A stretch of 64,000 nucleotides of DNA, from positions 49,290,001-49,354,000 of the forward strand of contig NC_043009.1 of assembly GCF_006345805.1 (NCBI RefSeq), read 5' to 3'. This document shows positions 13,327 through 24,924 of the stretch, piece by piece. The notes under the pieces were generated by a model. That model was not told the origin of the DNA. It ran no database searches and saw only the letters and a list, made by a program, of their open reading frames with translations. This DNA is from Octopus sinensis. Its lineage: Eukaryota. Position numbers and translations under genes: made by a program. The stretch's first letter is position 1; each line of letters starts with the position of its first letter.

Positions 13327-13879
13327 GAGTGAGAGAGCAGTGCATGCCATCAAAGTGACACTGGGTTAAAATATACAAAGCCCAGTATACCCATCATGAC
13401 TACCCGTCTGATAAGGGTACACTAGGCACATGCATCACAACTATATCTGCGCAACATGGTGATCTCATATCAAGATAAACAGCACACGACCTTGCAGGTG
13501 GGGCCCAGTTAGAATTTTCTTCTGGTCGAGTAATCCATCCCACTCAAAAGGTCCCTGAATAAGGGTTATTTAAGGATGTTAAACAAAACACCCATGTTTC
13601 CAGAGGTGAATTATTCAAACCCCAAAGAATCCCTCTCAACACCCGGCTATGATGCTCCCCCACTACTTCTGCTCGTGATCAGAGATGCACATATCATCAG
13701 CCACTAAGGGACATGCTCAACTGGTTAAGGTCAAACAACTGACAAGCAAATCTGTGGTATTGAGCAGAATATTTGCTGTAGCCCATCATTTATACCAAGA
13801 CAAAACAATGTACATGATAACACTTCCAATCAGTTAAGATCAGAAGCCATGAGAGTCACTGCCTGGTACTGCATCAGGG
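13327..13879. mobile_element. Unclassified ~550-bp interspersed repeat D, copy 1, embedded in (ATT)n
   Basis: Colinear, highly similar copy at 36136-36688; both bounded by ATT tracts; no ORF. Confidence 0.85.
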
Positions 13880-13885
13880 TAGTTA

Positions 13886-13929
<44 letters not shown>

Positions 13930-13931
13930 TA

Positions 13932-14140
13932 AGGTGGCAAGCTGGCAGAATTGTTAGCATGCTGGAAGAAATGCTTAGTGTTATTTCGTCTGTGTCCTGA
14001 GCTCAAAGTCCACTGCCGTTGACTTTGCCTTCCACCTTTTCAGGTTCAATAAATTAAGTACCAGTGAAACACTGGGGTTGATTTAATCAACTGGCCACCC
14101 TCCCCACAAATTTGAGGCCTTGTGCCTCCAGTAGAAAGGA
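13932..14140 (+). mobile_element. SINE B variant (B2 tail) ending in (ATT)n
   Basis: Same head and core as 2194-2426 but 3' end aaatttgaggccttgtgcctccagtagaaaggattattatt. Confidence 0.8.
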
Positions 14141-14152
14141 TTATTATTATTA

Positions 14153-14228
<76 letters not shown>

Positions 14229-14247
14229 CATCATCATTATTATTATT

Positions 14248-14308
<61 letters not shown>

Positions 14309-14332
14309 TATTATTATTATTATTATTATCAT

Positions 14333-14469
14333 TGATTTGACTCACAATCTTTCAATAGTCTTTCAAGTGCTTAAGCACCTCCTGATAATCTTTCCCGTCC
14401 CTAAGAAGCAAACTTTCTGTAAAATCTCCACAGAACATTGTATTCCAATCTCCTTTAACCAGTGGTCAA

Positions 14470-14470
<1 letters not shown>
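14333..14470 (-). mobile_element. R4/Dong-type non-LTR retrotransposon extreme 3' end
   Basis: Minus frame NIDHWLKEIGIQCSVEILQKVCFLGTGKIIRRCLST* (stop 14363-14365), like the RLE C-terminal QK..LLGT..I motif; flanked by ATT tracts. Confidence 0.7.
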
Positions 14471-14517
<47 letters not shown>

Positions 14518-14534
14518 TACTACTATTATTATTA

Positions 14535-14587
<53 letters not shown>

Positions 14588-14589
<2 letters not shown>

Positions 14590-15433
14590 CATATGTTTGA
14601 TTTTTGCTTTACATTTGTACAAGTTGGATCCAAGTGTCACCCAGCGACCTCAAGAGACAAGTTAGAAGTTCATGTTAGTGTTATGCCTGGGGTGCCATAT
14701 ATTTGGTTTTGTACATAGTATTGTTCTAGAGAATGTTTAAGAAACCATAAGAAAAATTATGTGTTTGTTTTAAAATTTGAGATTACACAGACATTATTTT
14801 ATGTAGGATATGAGCAGTTCCTACGAGCATTATCTTTTGAATTTCTGCCATGCTGAAGTTTCCTGGCATCTGAGCTAGGTAGCAATCAGCCCCTTTTGTT
14901 ATCATTCCTTGGGCACCTATGACAACAGGTATTGTTTTAGTCTTCAGGTTCCACATTTTTCTCATTTCTGTTTCAAGATCTTTATACTTGCTCAGGTTTT
15001 GGTAGGACTTGACAAATACTCTCTTTACTCTCTTTTACTTGTTTCAGTCATTTGACTGCAGGCATGCTGGAGCACTGCCTTTAGTCGAACAAATCGACCC
15101 CAGGACTTATTCTTTGTAAGCCCAGTACTTATTCTATCATTCTCTTTTTGCTGAACCGCTAAGTTACAGGGATGTAAACACACCAGCATCAGTTGTCAAG
15201 TGATGTTGGGGGGACAAACACAGACACACAAACACACACACATATATATACATATACATATATATATGACGAGTTTCTTTCAGTTTCCGTCTACCAAATC
15301 CACTCACAAGGCTTTAGTCTGCCCGAGACTATAGCAGAAGACACTTGCCCAAAGTGCCATGCAGTGGGACTGAACCTGGAACCATGTGATTGGTAAGCAA
15401 GCTGCTTACCACGCATATCAGCTGGGACAGTCA

Positions 15434-15435
<2 letters not shown>
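14588..15435 (-). mobile_element. R4/Dong-type RLE fragment interrupted by a SINE A
   Basis: KMWNLKTKTIPVVIGAQGMITKG...IQKIMLVGTAHILHKIMSV* plus 3' UTR; the sequence resumes after the SINE (gctgggacagtcat), as in 15870-15900. Confidence 0.85.
15019..15412 (-). mobile_element. SINE A nested in an R4/Dong fragment
   Basis: Family match; splits a sequence that is contiguous in the paralog at 15860-15900. Confidence 0.85.
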
Positions 15436-15486
<51 letters not shown>

Positions 15487-15963
15487 TATGTTTGACTTTT
15501 GCTTTATATTTGTACAAGTTGGCTCCAAGTCTCACCCAGAGACAACAGGTTGGAAGTTCCTGTTGTTGTTATGCCTAGTGTGCCATATATTTTTTTTGGG
15601 GGGGGGGTTGCCTAAAAAAAAAAACGAAAATTATGTTTGTTTTAAACCTTGAGATTACATAGAAAGTATTTTGCGTAGGATATGAGCAGTTCCCATGAGC
15701 ACTATCTTTTGAATTTCTGCCATTTTTGGGTTTCCTGGTATCTGAGTTAGGTAGCAATCAGCCCCTTTTGCTATCATTCCCAGGGCACTTATGACAACAG
15801 GTATTGTTTTAGTCTTCAGGTTCCACATTTTGCTGATTTCTGTTTCAAGATCTTTATATTGCTCAGTTTTTGGTAGGTCTTGACAGATACATTTATATCG
15901 ATTGGGACAGTCATATCAATGAAGAGGCATGATTTTTGTCTGATATTATTATTATTATTATTA

Positions 15964-15995
<32 letters not shown>

Positions 15996-16100
15996 TAGAT
16001 GGCAATCTGGCAGAATATCAATGAGGAGGCATGTTCTTTGTCTGAATTCTTTCAATTTGATGTCTGGCCTATTTGCATCTATCTTTCTGTCAGTTTGAAT
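15487..16100 (-). mobile_element. R4/Dong-type RLE fragments separated by an (ATT)n tract
   Basis: IQTDRKIDANRPDIKLK...CLLID and CLFIDMTVPIDINVSVKTYQKLSKYKDLETEISKMWNLKTK...GTAHILRKILSM (PD..D RLE motif), read intact in the duplicate at 17218-17668. Confidence 0.88.
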
Positions 16101-16156
16101 TATTATTTTATTATTATTAGTATTATTATTATTATATTATTATTATTATTATTATT

Positions 16157-17527
16157 ATCATATGTTTGATTTTTGCTTTACATTTGTACAAGTTGGATCC
16201 AAGTGTCACCCAGCGACCTCAAGAGACAAGTTAGAAGTTCATGTTAGTGTTATGCCTGGGGTGCCATATATTTGGTTTTGTACATAGTATTGTTCTAGAG
16301 AATGTTTAAGAAACCATAAGAAAAATTATGTGTTTGTTTTAAAATTTGAGATTACACAGACATTATTTTATGTAGGATATGAGCAGTTCCTACGAGCATT
16401 ATCTTTTGAATTTCTGCCATGCTGAAGTTTCCTGGCATCTGAGCTAGGTAGCAATCAGCCCCTTTTGTTATCATTCCTTGGGCACCTATGACAACAGGTA
16501 TGTTTTTAGTCTTCAGGTTCCACATTTTTCTCATTTCTATTTCAAGATCTTTATACTTGCTCAGGTTTTGGTAGGACTTGACAAATACTCTCTTTACTCT
16601 CTTTTACTTGTTTCAGTCTTTGACTGCAGGCATGCTGGAGCACTGCCTTTAGTCGAACAAATCGACCCCAGGACTTATTCTTTGTAAGCCCAGTACTTAT
16701 TCTATCATTCTCTTTTTGCTGAACCGCTAAGTTACAGGGATGTAAACACACCAGCATCAGTTGTCAAGTGATGTTGGGGGGACAAACACAGACACACAAA
16801 CACACACACATATATATATACATATACATATATATATGACGAGTTTCTTTCAGTTTCCGTCTACCAAATCCACTCACAAGGCTTTAGTCTGCCCGAGACT
16901 ATAGCAGAAGACACTTGCCCAAAGTGCCATGCAGTGGGACTGAACCTGGAACCATGTGATTGGTAAGCAAGCTGCTTACCACGCATATCAGCTGGGACAG
17001 TATATTATTATTATTATATTATTATTATTATTATTATTATATATTATTCTATGTTTGACTTTTGCTTTATATTTGTACAAGTTGGCTCCAAGTCTCACCC
17101 AGAGACAACAGGTTGGAAGTTCCTGTTGTTGTTATGCCTAGTGTGCCATATATTTTTTTTGGGGGGGGGGTTGCCTAAAAAAAAAAACGAAAATTATGTT
17201 TGTTTTAAACCTTGAGATTACATAGAAAGTATTTTGCGTAGGATATGAGCAGTTCCCATGAGCACTATCTTTTGAATTTCTGCCATTTTTGGGTTTCCTG
17301 GTATCTGAGTTAGGTAGCAATCAGCCCCTTTTGCTATCATTCCCAGGGCACTTATGACAACAGGTATTGTTTTAGTCTTCAGGTTCCACATTTTGCTGAT
17401 TTCTGTTTCAAGATCTTTATATTTGCTCAGTTTTTGGTAGGTCTTGACAGATACATTTATATCGATTGGGACAGTCATATCAATGAAGAGGCATGATTTT
17501 TGTCTGATATTATTATTATTATTATTA

Positions 17528-17562
<35 letters not shown>

Positions 17563-17668
17563 TAAGATGGCAATCTGGCAGAATATCAATGAGGAGGCAT
17601 GTTCTTTGTCTGAATTCTTTCAATTTGATGTCTGGCCTATTTGCATCTATCTTTCTGTCAGTTTGAAT
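16157..17668. repeat. Second unit of a ~1.57-kb tandem duplication of 14588-16100
   Basis: Same order of R4 fragment, SINE A, R4 fragment; only a few substitutions or 1-bp indels plus ATT length changes. Confidence 0.92.
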
Positions 17669-17673
17669 TATTA

Positions 17674-17726
<53 letters not shown>

Positions 17727-18394
17727 GTTATTATTATTATTACTATTATTATGATCATTATTTAAGGCAGCGAGCTGGCAGAACCATTAGCACGTTGGGT
17801 AAAATGCTTAGCAGCAGCAGCATTTTGTCTATCTTTCCATTTACATGCTGCCATGGTTGACTTCGACTTTCATCCTTTCTGGGTCAATAGAATAAATACT
17901 AGTTGAGTACTGGGGTCGGTGAAACCTTTATTACTGTTGTTGCTGTTGTAGGGGGTTTTTTTTTATAGTAATGCTGCTACATCTCTGGGTGTTGTTTTAT
18001 TTTTTATTTTTTAATACTTTTGTTTTGTTGCATAGTGAAATCAAATGTTCTAGTGGTTAGAAGACTTTGGCTTATGGATAATAAGGTTGCAAGTTTGATT
18101 CCTGGATCAGACAGCATGTAACGTCCTTCAGGAAGGCTCTTCATTTCCCCTTTGCTTTAGAATATATGTACAACAGGCTTCTTTCAGTTTCTGTCAACCA
18201 ATTCCACTCATAAGACTTTGGTCAGCCTGGAGCTACACTGGAATATATTTGCCCGGGGTGTTGCATAATAGGACTGAACTTAAGACCACATGGTCAGGAA
18301 GCAAGCTTCTTACCTATACAGCCATGCCAGCACCTAAAGTCAGGTAAAAAGTTTCTATCAAGGATTTTCTTACATTGCTGTAAAACATGTACAG

Positions 18395-18531
18395 GCTGAG
18401 TTGTAGGCTTGCTTACCAGCCACATGGTTCTGGATTCAGTCTCACTGCATGCCATCTTGAGCATGTATCTTCTACTATAGCGTTGGGCTTTGTGAGTGAA
18501 TTTGGTAGATGGAATCTAAAAGAAGCCCGTC

Positions 18532-18590
<59 letters not shown>

Positions 18591-18802
18591 TGTGTGTGTG
18601 TTTTTGTGTCTGTGTTTGTCCCTCCACCATCCCTTGACAACTGATGCTGGTGTGTTTACATCCCAATAACTTAGTGGTTCGGCATAAGAGACTGGTAGAA
18701 TAAGTACTAGGCTTACAAAGAATAAGTCCTGGGATCAATTCGCTTGACTAAAGGTGGTGCTCCAGCATGGCTGCAGTCAAATGGTTGAAACAAATAAAAG
18801 AA
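18395..18802 (+). mobile_element. SINE A copy (diverged)
   Basis: Family match. Confidence 0.8.
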
Positions 18803-19384
18803 TACAGTCCTCTCTCCTAGCAGTCATGTCCTTAATATGACTTCTGGTTCAAAGTTGTGAAGTGCAAGACAGATTTTATTCCTGCTCTTGACTACACTAA
18901 CACCTAAAACAGGAAGGAAACGCCTGGCACATAGTACATGTCACTCATGAGTGACAGCTGTCTATACCATACTTTGCTCTCTAGGTGATCTATGGTTGTT
19001 GTCTATACACAAATAGTTCACAACACCTCAATAAAACTCTTTATTGGTCACCAGGCCATATGGAATATACACATGATAAACAAAGCCCTTCTTGAAAAAC
19101 AGATGACCGATAATACCTTCATAGTTAAGTGACTCTAACATTCTCCTTTTCTCTCCTTTTTTTTTTCTTCACAGTAACAGTTGCCATTTCTTTTTAATAT
19201 CATAGCCATTCACCCATGTTTTTTCACCTACTGTAACATTTTTCAGTAAACTTTCATCACTATTTAAGCAATTAAACAGCTCTTGAATGATTTCATCTTG
19301 ATGCGCTTTGCTTTTATCTGTCAGCAGAGACACTGCAATTTTGGCAGCAATACAGTAAATCTTCAGTTTTTGTTTATTTTTATT

Positions 19385-19704
19385 TTATTTTATTTATTTT
19401 ATTTAGTTTCAGCTCACAAGCTGTGGCCATGCTGGGGCACCGCCATTTGGTGTTGCTACATGATTTTACTTCACGAATGCTTTTTAGCAAATGCCATCTG
19501 GTGCATGAGAGAGTTCGATGCAGCTGCCCTCATCTGCACCTCTTGCCATGAAGTTGGTTCATCTGGGTCACCTGACAAGAAGAGATCCAGTTTCATTTTA
19601 AAGACATCTGCATCCACCCCATGCAGGTCTCTTAGGTTCTTTGGGAGGATATTGAAGAGCTGTGGGCCTCGGAAGCCCAGGCTATCACAGTATCTTGTCC
19701 TACA
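19385..19704 (-). mobile_element. 3' end of a CR1/L2-group LINE
   Basis: Open minus frame CRTRYCDSLGFRGPQLFNILPKNLRDLHGVDADVFKMKLDLFLSGDPDEP...RAAASNSLMHQ...* (stop 19471-19473), short 3' UTR, A-rich (TAAAA)n tail. Confidence 0.8.
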
Positions 19705-20054
19705 TCTTATTTTAAAGTTATTTCACACATGGTAACATACTTTTACAAGCACTCTCAGCTTTCTCAGAGACTTTACAGAATGAATCAAGCAATGATTTTT
19801 GCACAAATATTTGTTGCACTATATACACCCACATTTTGTCACCTGTTATGATATTTTCTGAAAGTTTCCAGCAGCATTTGAACAATTAAACACCTCTAAA
19901 CTGACTGCAATCTGGTCTTCTTTTCTTTTTGTCTGTCAGCAAAAACAGCACAAATTTTACACCAACCCAATGCATTTTCAGTTTTTCTTTAAAAATTTGT
20001 GTCACACATGGTAACAAACTTTTACAGGTGCTCTACTTCTTTAGAAATTTTACA

Positions 20055-20466
20055 GGAGTGGCTGTGTGGTAAGTAGCTTGCTTACCAACCACATGGTTCC
20101 GGGTTCAGTCCCACTGCGTGGCATCTTGGGCAAGTGTCTTCTGCTATAGCCCCAGGCCGACCAATGCCTTGTGAGTGGATTTGGTAGACGGAAACTGAAA
20201 GAAGCCTGTCGTATATATGTATATATATATGTGTGTATGTGTATATGTTTGTGTGTCTGTGTTTGTCCCCCTAGCATTGCTTGACAACCGATGCTGGTGT
20301 GTTTACATCCCCGTCACTTAGCGGTTCGGCAAAAGAGAGACCGATAGAATAAGTACTAGGCTTACAAAAGAATAAGTCCCGAGTTTGATTTGCCCGACTA
20401 AAGGCGGTGCTCCAGCATGGCCGCAGTCAAATGACTGAAACAAGTAAAAGAGTAAAAAGAGTAAAG
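20055..20466 (+). mobile_element. SINE A, full-length reference copy
   Basis: Head ggagtggctgtgtggtaag, internal (TA)/(TG) tract, 3' stem-loop cagtcaaatgactg, tail (GTAAAAGA)n. Confidence 0.9.
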
Positions 20467-20757
20467 AGAGAGAGACTGTCAGGGAAAGATTTTTGCAGTG
20501 ATCACAGTGTATACTTTCAGAATTCCATTGTCATCCATTGCCATGGAATGAAATGAGATGATTTGGAGCAGATGTTTGGATGCAGATAATTTGGCACTCA
20601 GTCTCCTTTGCTGACTGTGGTTATTGGTGGGTGCTGGAGTCACAACGCCCACACACTAACATGCATTCACACATGTGCACACACAAATATACGTAGACAG
20701 ATATAAAAAAAAGGGGAGAGAAAGTGAAGGAGAGAGAATGGTAAAGAGAGAGACTAA

Positions 20758-20977
20758 CCCTTTCGTTACAAACCCGGCTGAAACCGGCTCTGGCTCTGAG
20801 TACAAATGTCTTGTTTCTATAAGTTTTGAATTGAAATTTTCCACCAAATCTTAGTCACAATTTATGTTCCTAACACTAGCTTAATGACAACCAAGTTATT
20901 TTACTAAATTCTTTGTTGTATTTATAGTAATTGAAAGAAATACAGAGCATCTCAAAATAAATACGGTAACGAAAGGG
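20758..20977. mobile_element. piggyBac-like MITE (220 bp)
   Basis: Exact 12-bp TIR CCCTTTCGTTAC / GTAACGAAAGGG; flanks CTAA (20754-20757) and TTAA (20978-20981). Confidence 0.8.
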
Positions 20978-21761
20978 TTAAGATTTATTAATTGAACACA
21001 AGTGACATAAACACTTCTCCTCTCCTCACACACATAAAAAGAAAGAAAGAAAGAAAGAGTGAAAAAAGAGAGCAAAGGAGTTAGGGAAGGAGGGAGAGAA
21101 CAAGACAAGCATTGAAATGTCTGTTGTCAGATAAGTCAGCAACAAAGCAACAACACCATGTGGGCAGTGCCAACATAACTATGCCGAAGCATCCCACATG
21201 TTCGGGATGATCTTTTGAAATGCTGGTACCATTCATGGCATTATGTATTCTTTTCTATTCTAGGCACAAGGCCCAAAATTTTTGGGGGAGGGGCCAGTCG
21301 ATTAGATCGACCACCCCAGTACACAAAAGGATGAAAGGAGGAAAGGCAAGGTCAACCTCTCTCAGGAATTTGAACTCAGAACGTAAAGACAGATGAAATA
21401 CTGCTGAACATTTTGCCCAGCGTGTTAACATTTCTGCCAGCCTGCCACCTTCATGGCATTATATATGGTTCAAAAAGGCAAACTCGTTAGTACACCAGGT
21501 GAAATGCTTAGTTGCATTTCGTTTACCACTACATTCTGAGTTCAAATTCTGCTGAGGTCGACTTTGCCTTTTATCGTTTGGGGGTTGATAAATTAAGTAC
21601 CAGTGAAACATTGGGGTCGAAGTAATTGACTAGGCCCTTCCCAACAAATTTCATGCCTTGTGGCCTTTAGTAAAAAGGATTATATAGGGTCCCAACAATC
21701 ATTTTCATAGACCTGTGGCAATGTAAGAAAATCTTTGATAGAAACTTTTTACCCGACTTTA

Positions 21762-22070
21762 GGTGCTGGCATGGCTGTGTAGGTAAGAAACTTGCTTCCT
21801 GACCATGTGGTCTTAAGTTCAGTTTCCTTATGCAACACCCTGGCCAAGAATATTCCAGTTTAGCTCCAGGCTGATCAAAGTCTTATGGTTGACAGAAACT
21901 GAAAGAAGCCTGTCATACATGTGTGTGTGTGTGTCTTTGTGTTTGTGTGAGTGTGTGTGTGTGAGTGTTTGTGTTTGTCCACCACCACTGCTTGACAACC
22001 AGTGTAGGTCTACTTAGCTCCCCATCACTTAGCAGTTTGGCAAAAGAAGACCAATAGAATAAGTGCCAGG
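21762..22070 (+). mobile_element. SINE A copy (diverged, 3' truncated)
   Basis: Family match. Confidence 0.75.
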
Positions 22071-22077
22071 ATTTACA

Positions 22078-23162
22078 GGTGGAGGTGGTGGTGGTGGTGG
22101 TGGAGGTGGTGGTGGTGGTAAAGGTGGTGGTGGAGGTAGTGGTGGTGGTGGTGGTGGTGGTGGTAGTGATAATGTTTTTGGTGGTGGTGGTGGTGGTGAT
22201 GGTGGTAGTGGTGGTGGTAGCAGTGATGTTATTGTCGCTAGTGATAATTTGGTGATGATGATGGTTGGTGCTGTTTTTGTTGTTGTTGTTGTTGTTGGTG
22301 GTGGTATTGTTGGGGTGCTGCTGTTAATAATAATGCCTTCATTGTCATTGCTGTTGTTGTTGTTGTTGTTGTAGCAGTTATTGTTAACATGATTGATTCT
22401 GCTGACGCTGTGGTTGTTGATGGTGTTATTATCATTATCATTATTATTGTGGCTGTTGTTATTGCTGATGTTGTTGTTGTTGTTTAATGTTACTCAATTA
22501 CTTCAATGTAATTCTTTAATAGTCTTCAGTAGTGACTGCTGCTGCTGTTTTTGTTGTGGTTGTTGTGGTTGCCATGCTGGTTGTTATGAATTTATTGTTG
22601 TTTTTTTGTGGTTTATTAGTGTTGAGCTTTTGTGCTGTTGTTGTTGTTGTTGTTGTTATCATTTATTCTTTTTACTATTGATTAATGTTTGCAGTTCTGG
22701 TTGTAGTAATAACTGTCGTCGTCGTCATTGTTGCTGCTCGTGATGACGGCGATGATGATGATGAGGATGATGATGAACATGACGATGATGATGATGATGA
22801 TGATAATGATGATAATGATGATAATGACGATGATGATGATGATGATGATGATGAAGTTAATGAACATGACGATGATGATGATGATAATGATGAGGATAAT
22901 GACGATGATGATGATGAAAACTATGATGACGGTGATGATGATGATGAGGATGATGATGATGACGATGATGATGATAATGATGATGATAATAATAATGATG
23001 ATAATGACGATGGTAATGATGATGAAAACTATGATGAAGGTGATGATGTTGATGATGATGATGATGATGAAGTTAATGAACATGACGATGATGATGATGA
23101 TAATGATGAGGATAATGACGATGATGATGATGAAAACTATGATGACGGTGATGATGATGATG

Positions 23163-23212
<50 letters not shown>

Positions 23213-24610
23213 AATGACGATGATAATGATGATGACGATGATGATGACGATGATAATGATGATGATAATAATAATGATGATAATGACGATGATGATGATG
23301 AAAACTATGATGACAGTGATGATGAAGATGACGGTGAGAATGATGATGATGATGATGTTACTGCTGCTGCTGCTGAGCATGATGATGATGTTGATGATGG
23401 GGGTTGTGGTGGGGGGGGTAGTGGTGGTGATGATGATGATGCCATTGTTGAACTTTTATTAATAATGTCTGCAAAAATTATCTTGCTAATATGAACATTG
23501 GTTGAACAAATCACCTTCACCCGTCCCCCAATTTTTCCCCAACCCTTTCCCCTCGTCGTTTCCATTCTCTTCTGCGTCTGTCTTTCCACATTTTCCTCTT
23601 CCCATCACCTCTCTCTCTCTCTTTCTCTCTTTCTCTCTCTGTCTTTTCTTCATGTCTGTCCTATATAATAACTTGAATATCACTACCAAGGAAATCAAAT
23701 GAGTGAAGCTGTGATGGTAGAAAGGTGATGGTTATGGTGGTGGTAGTGATGGTGTTAGTTGTGATTGTGGTTGTGGTGGTGGCGGTGGTGGTGGTGATGG
23801 TGGTAGTGTTGGTGGTAGTAGTTGTGATGGTGGTAGTAGTTATGATGGTAGTGGTGTGGTGTTATTGTTGTTTGTGGTGGTAGTGGTAGTTATAATGGTG
23901 ATGGTGGTAGTGACAATGGTGCTAGTGGTGGTGGTGATAGTAATGGTGGTTGCGTTGGTGGTAGTGCTGGTGGTGGTGGTGATGGTGGTGGTGGTGGAGG
24001 TGGTGGTGGTCGTCATCGTCATAGTTGTTGTTATTGTCTTTGTTGTGGTAAAATCAAGGCTGCAAATTAGAGTGGTAAGAGGTATGGCAGTGGTAAGGTG
24101 GTACAAGTAAAGTGGTTGAAGGGGGAGGGAGGGAAGTAGTGGTGGGGGTGGCAATAGTCCTTGTTATTGCAGTGGTGGTGGTGGTGGTGCTGGTGGTAGT
24201 TGGGAGATGACTGTAGTGGTTATAGTTACTGGGGTGGGATGGCAGAGCAGGGGTCTGTGTGGATGGAGATGGAAGTGGTTGGGTGATATTTGTGGTGGTG
24301 GTGGTGGTAGTGATGGTTGTGGCTGTAGTAGTAGCAGCAGTGGGGCTTACTGGGGGTAGGGGTAGAGTGGGGATGATGGGGTGGGGAAGGAGCCTTTGGG
24401 TGATGTTTGTGGTGGTAGTGGTAGTAGTAGTGGTGTTATTATGGCAGTCATTGGTTAATGGTTGTGGTGGTGGTATTGGTGGAGGTGGTGCAGCTGGTGC
24501 TAGTGACGATAGTAATGGCAGTGGTGGTGGTAGTGGTGATAGTGATGGTGATGGTGGTGATGGTGCTGGTGATGTTAGGGGTGATGTTAGGTGGAGGCTG
24601 GGTGATTGAT
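22078..24610. repeat. Long compound (GGT)/(GTT)/(GAT) microsatellite region
   Basis: Direct reading; source of the 230-270 aa poly-D/I/M ORFs. Confidence 0.95.
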
Positions 24611-24924
24611 TGCGGTATCTGCTGATGCTGCCATAAGAAATGAAAAAGAAAAAGAAAAAGAGAAAAAAAAAAAAGAAGTAGAAGAAAAAGGTCATAGTTC
24701 TCTAAGATTAGTTTGAGTTTGTCTTAATTTTAATTAGCATACTTTAATTAGCATACTGAAAATATAATGATGTAATTATTGCTTGTTTCCATTTCTTTCA
24801 GACACACAGCTGGACAAATCAATAAATTCTTGTACAATTGCCTAAAAGGCCAACAGTTCAAACCATGATGCTGGTACCACAATGATTTACAAATAACTAC
24901 ACTTTTGCTAGTCTAGTCTACTTA

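Noticed and set aside
13690-13705. CTGATGA/CTGACGA on the minus strand of repeat D as a hammerhead core
   Set aside because: No stem II closed by GAAA and no stem III/UH follow; the T/C difference is a CpG change.
22685-23494. 269-aa Asp-rich ORF and the other long poly-I/M/D/H/YI/CV ORFs
   Set aside because: They are translations of tri- and dinucleotide microsatellites, open in several frames and on both strands, with no domain.
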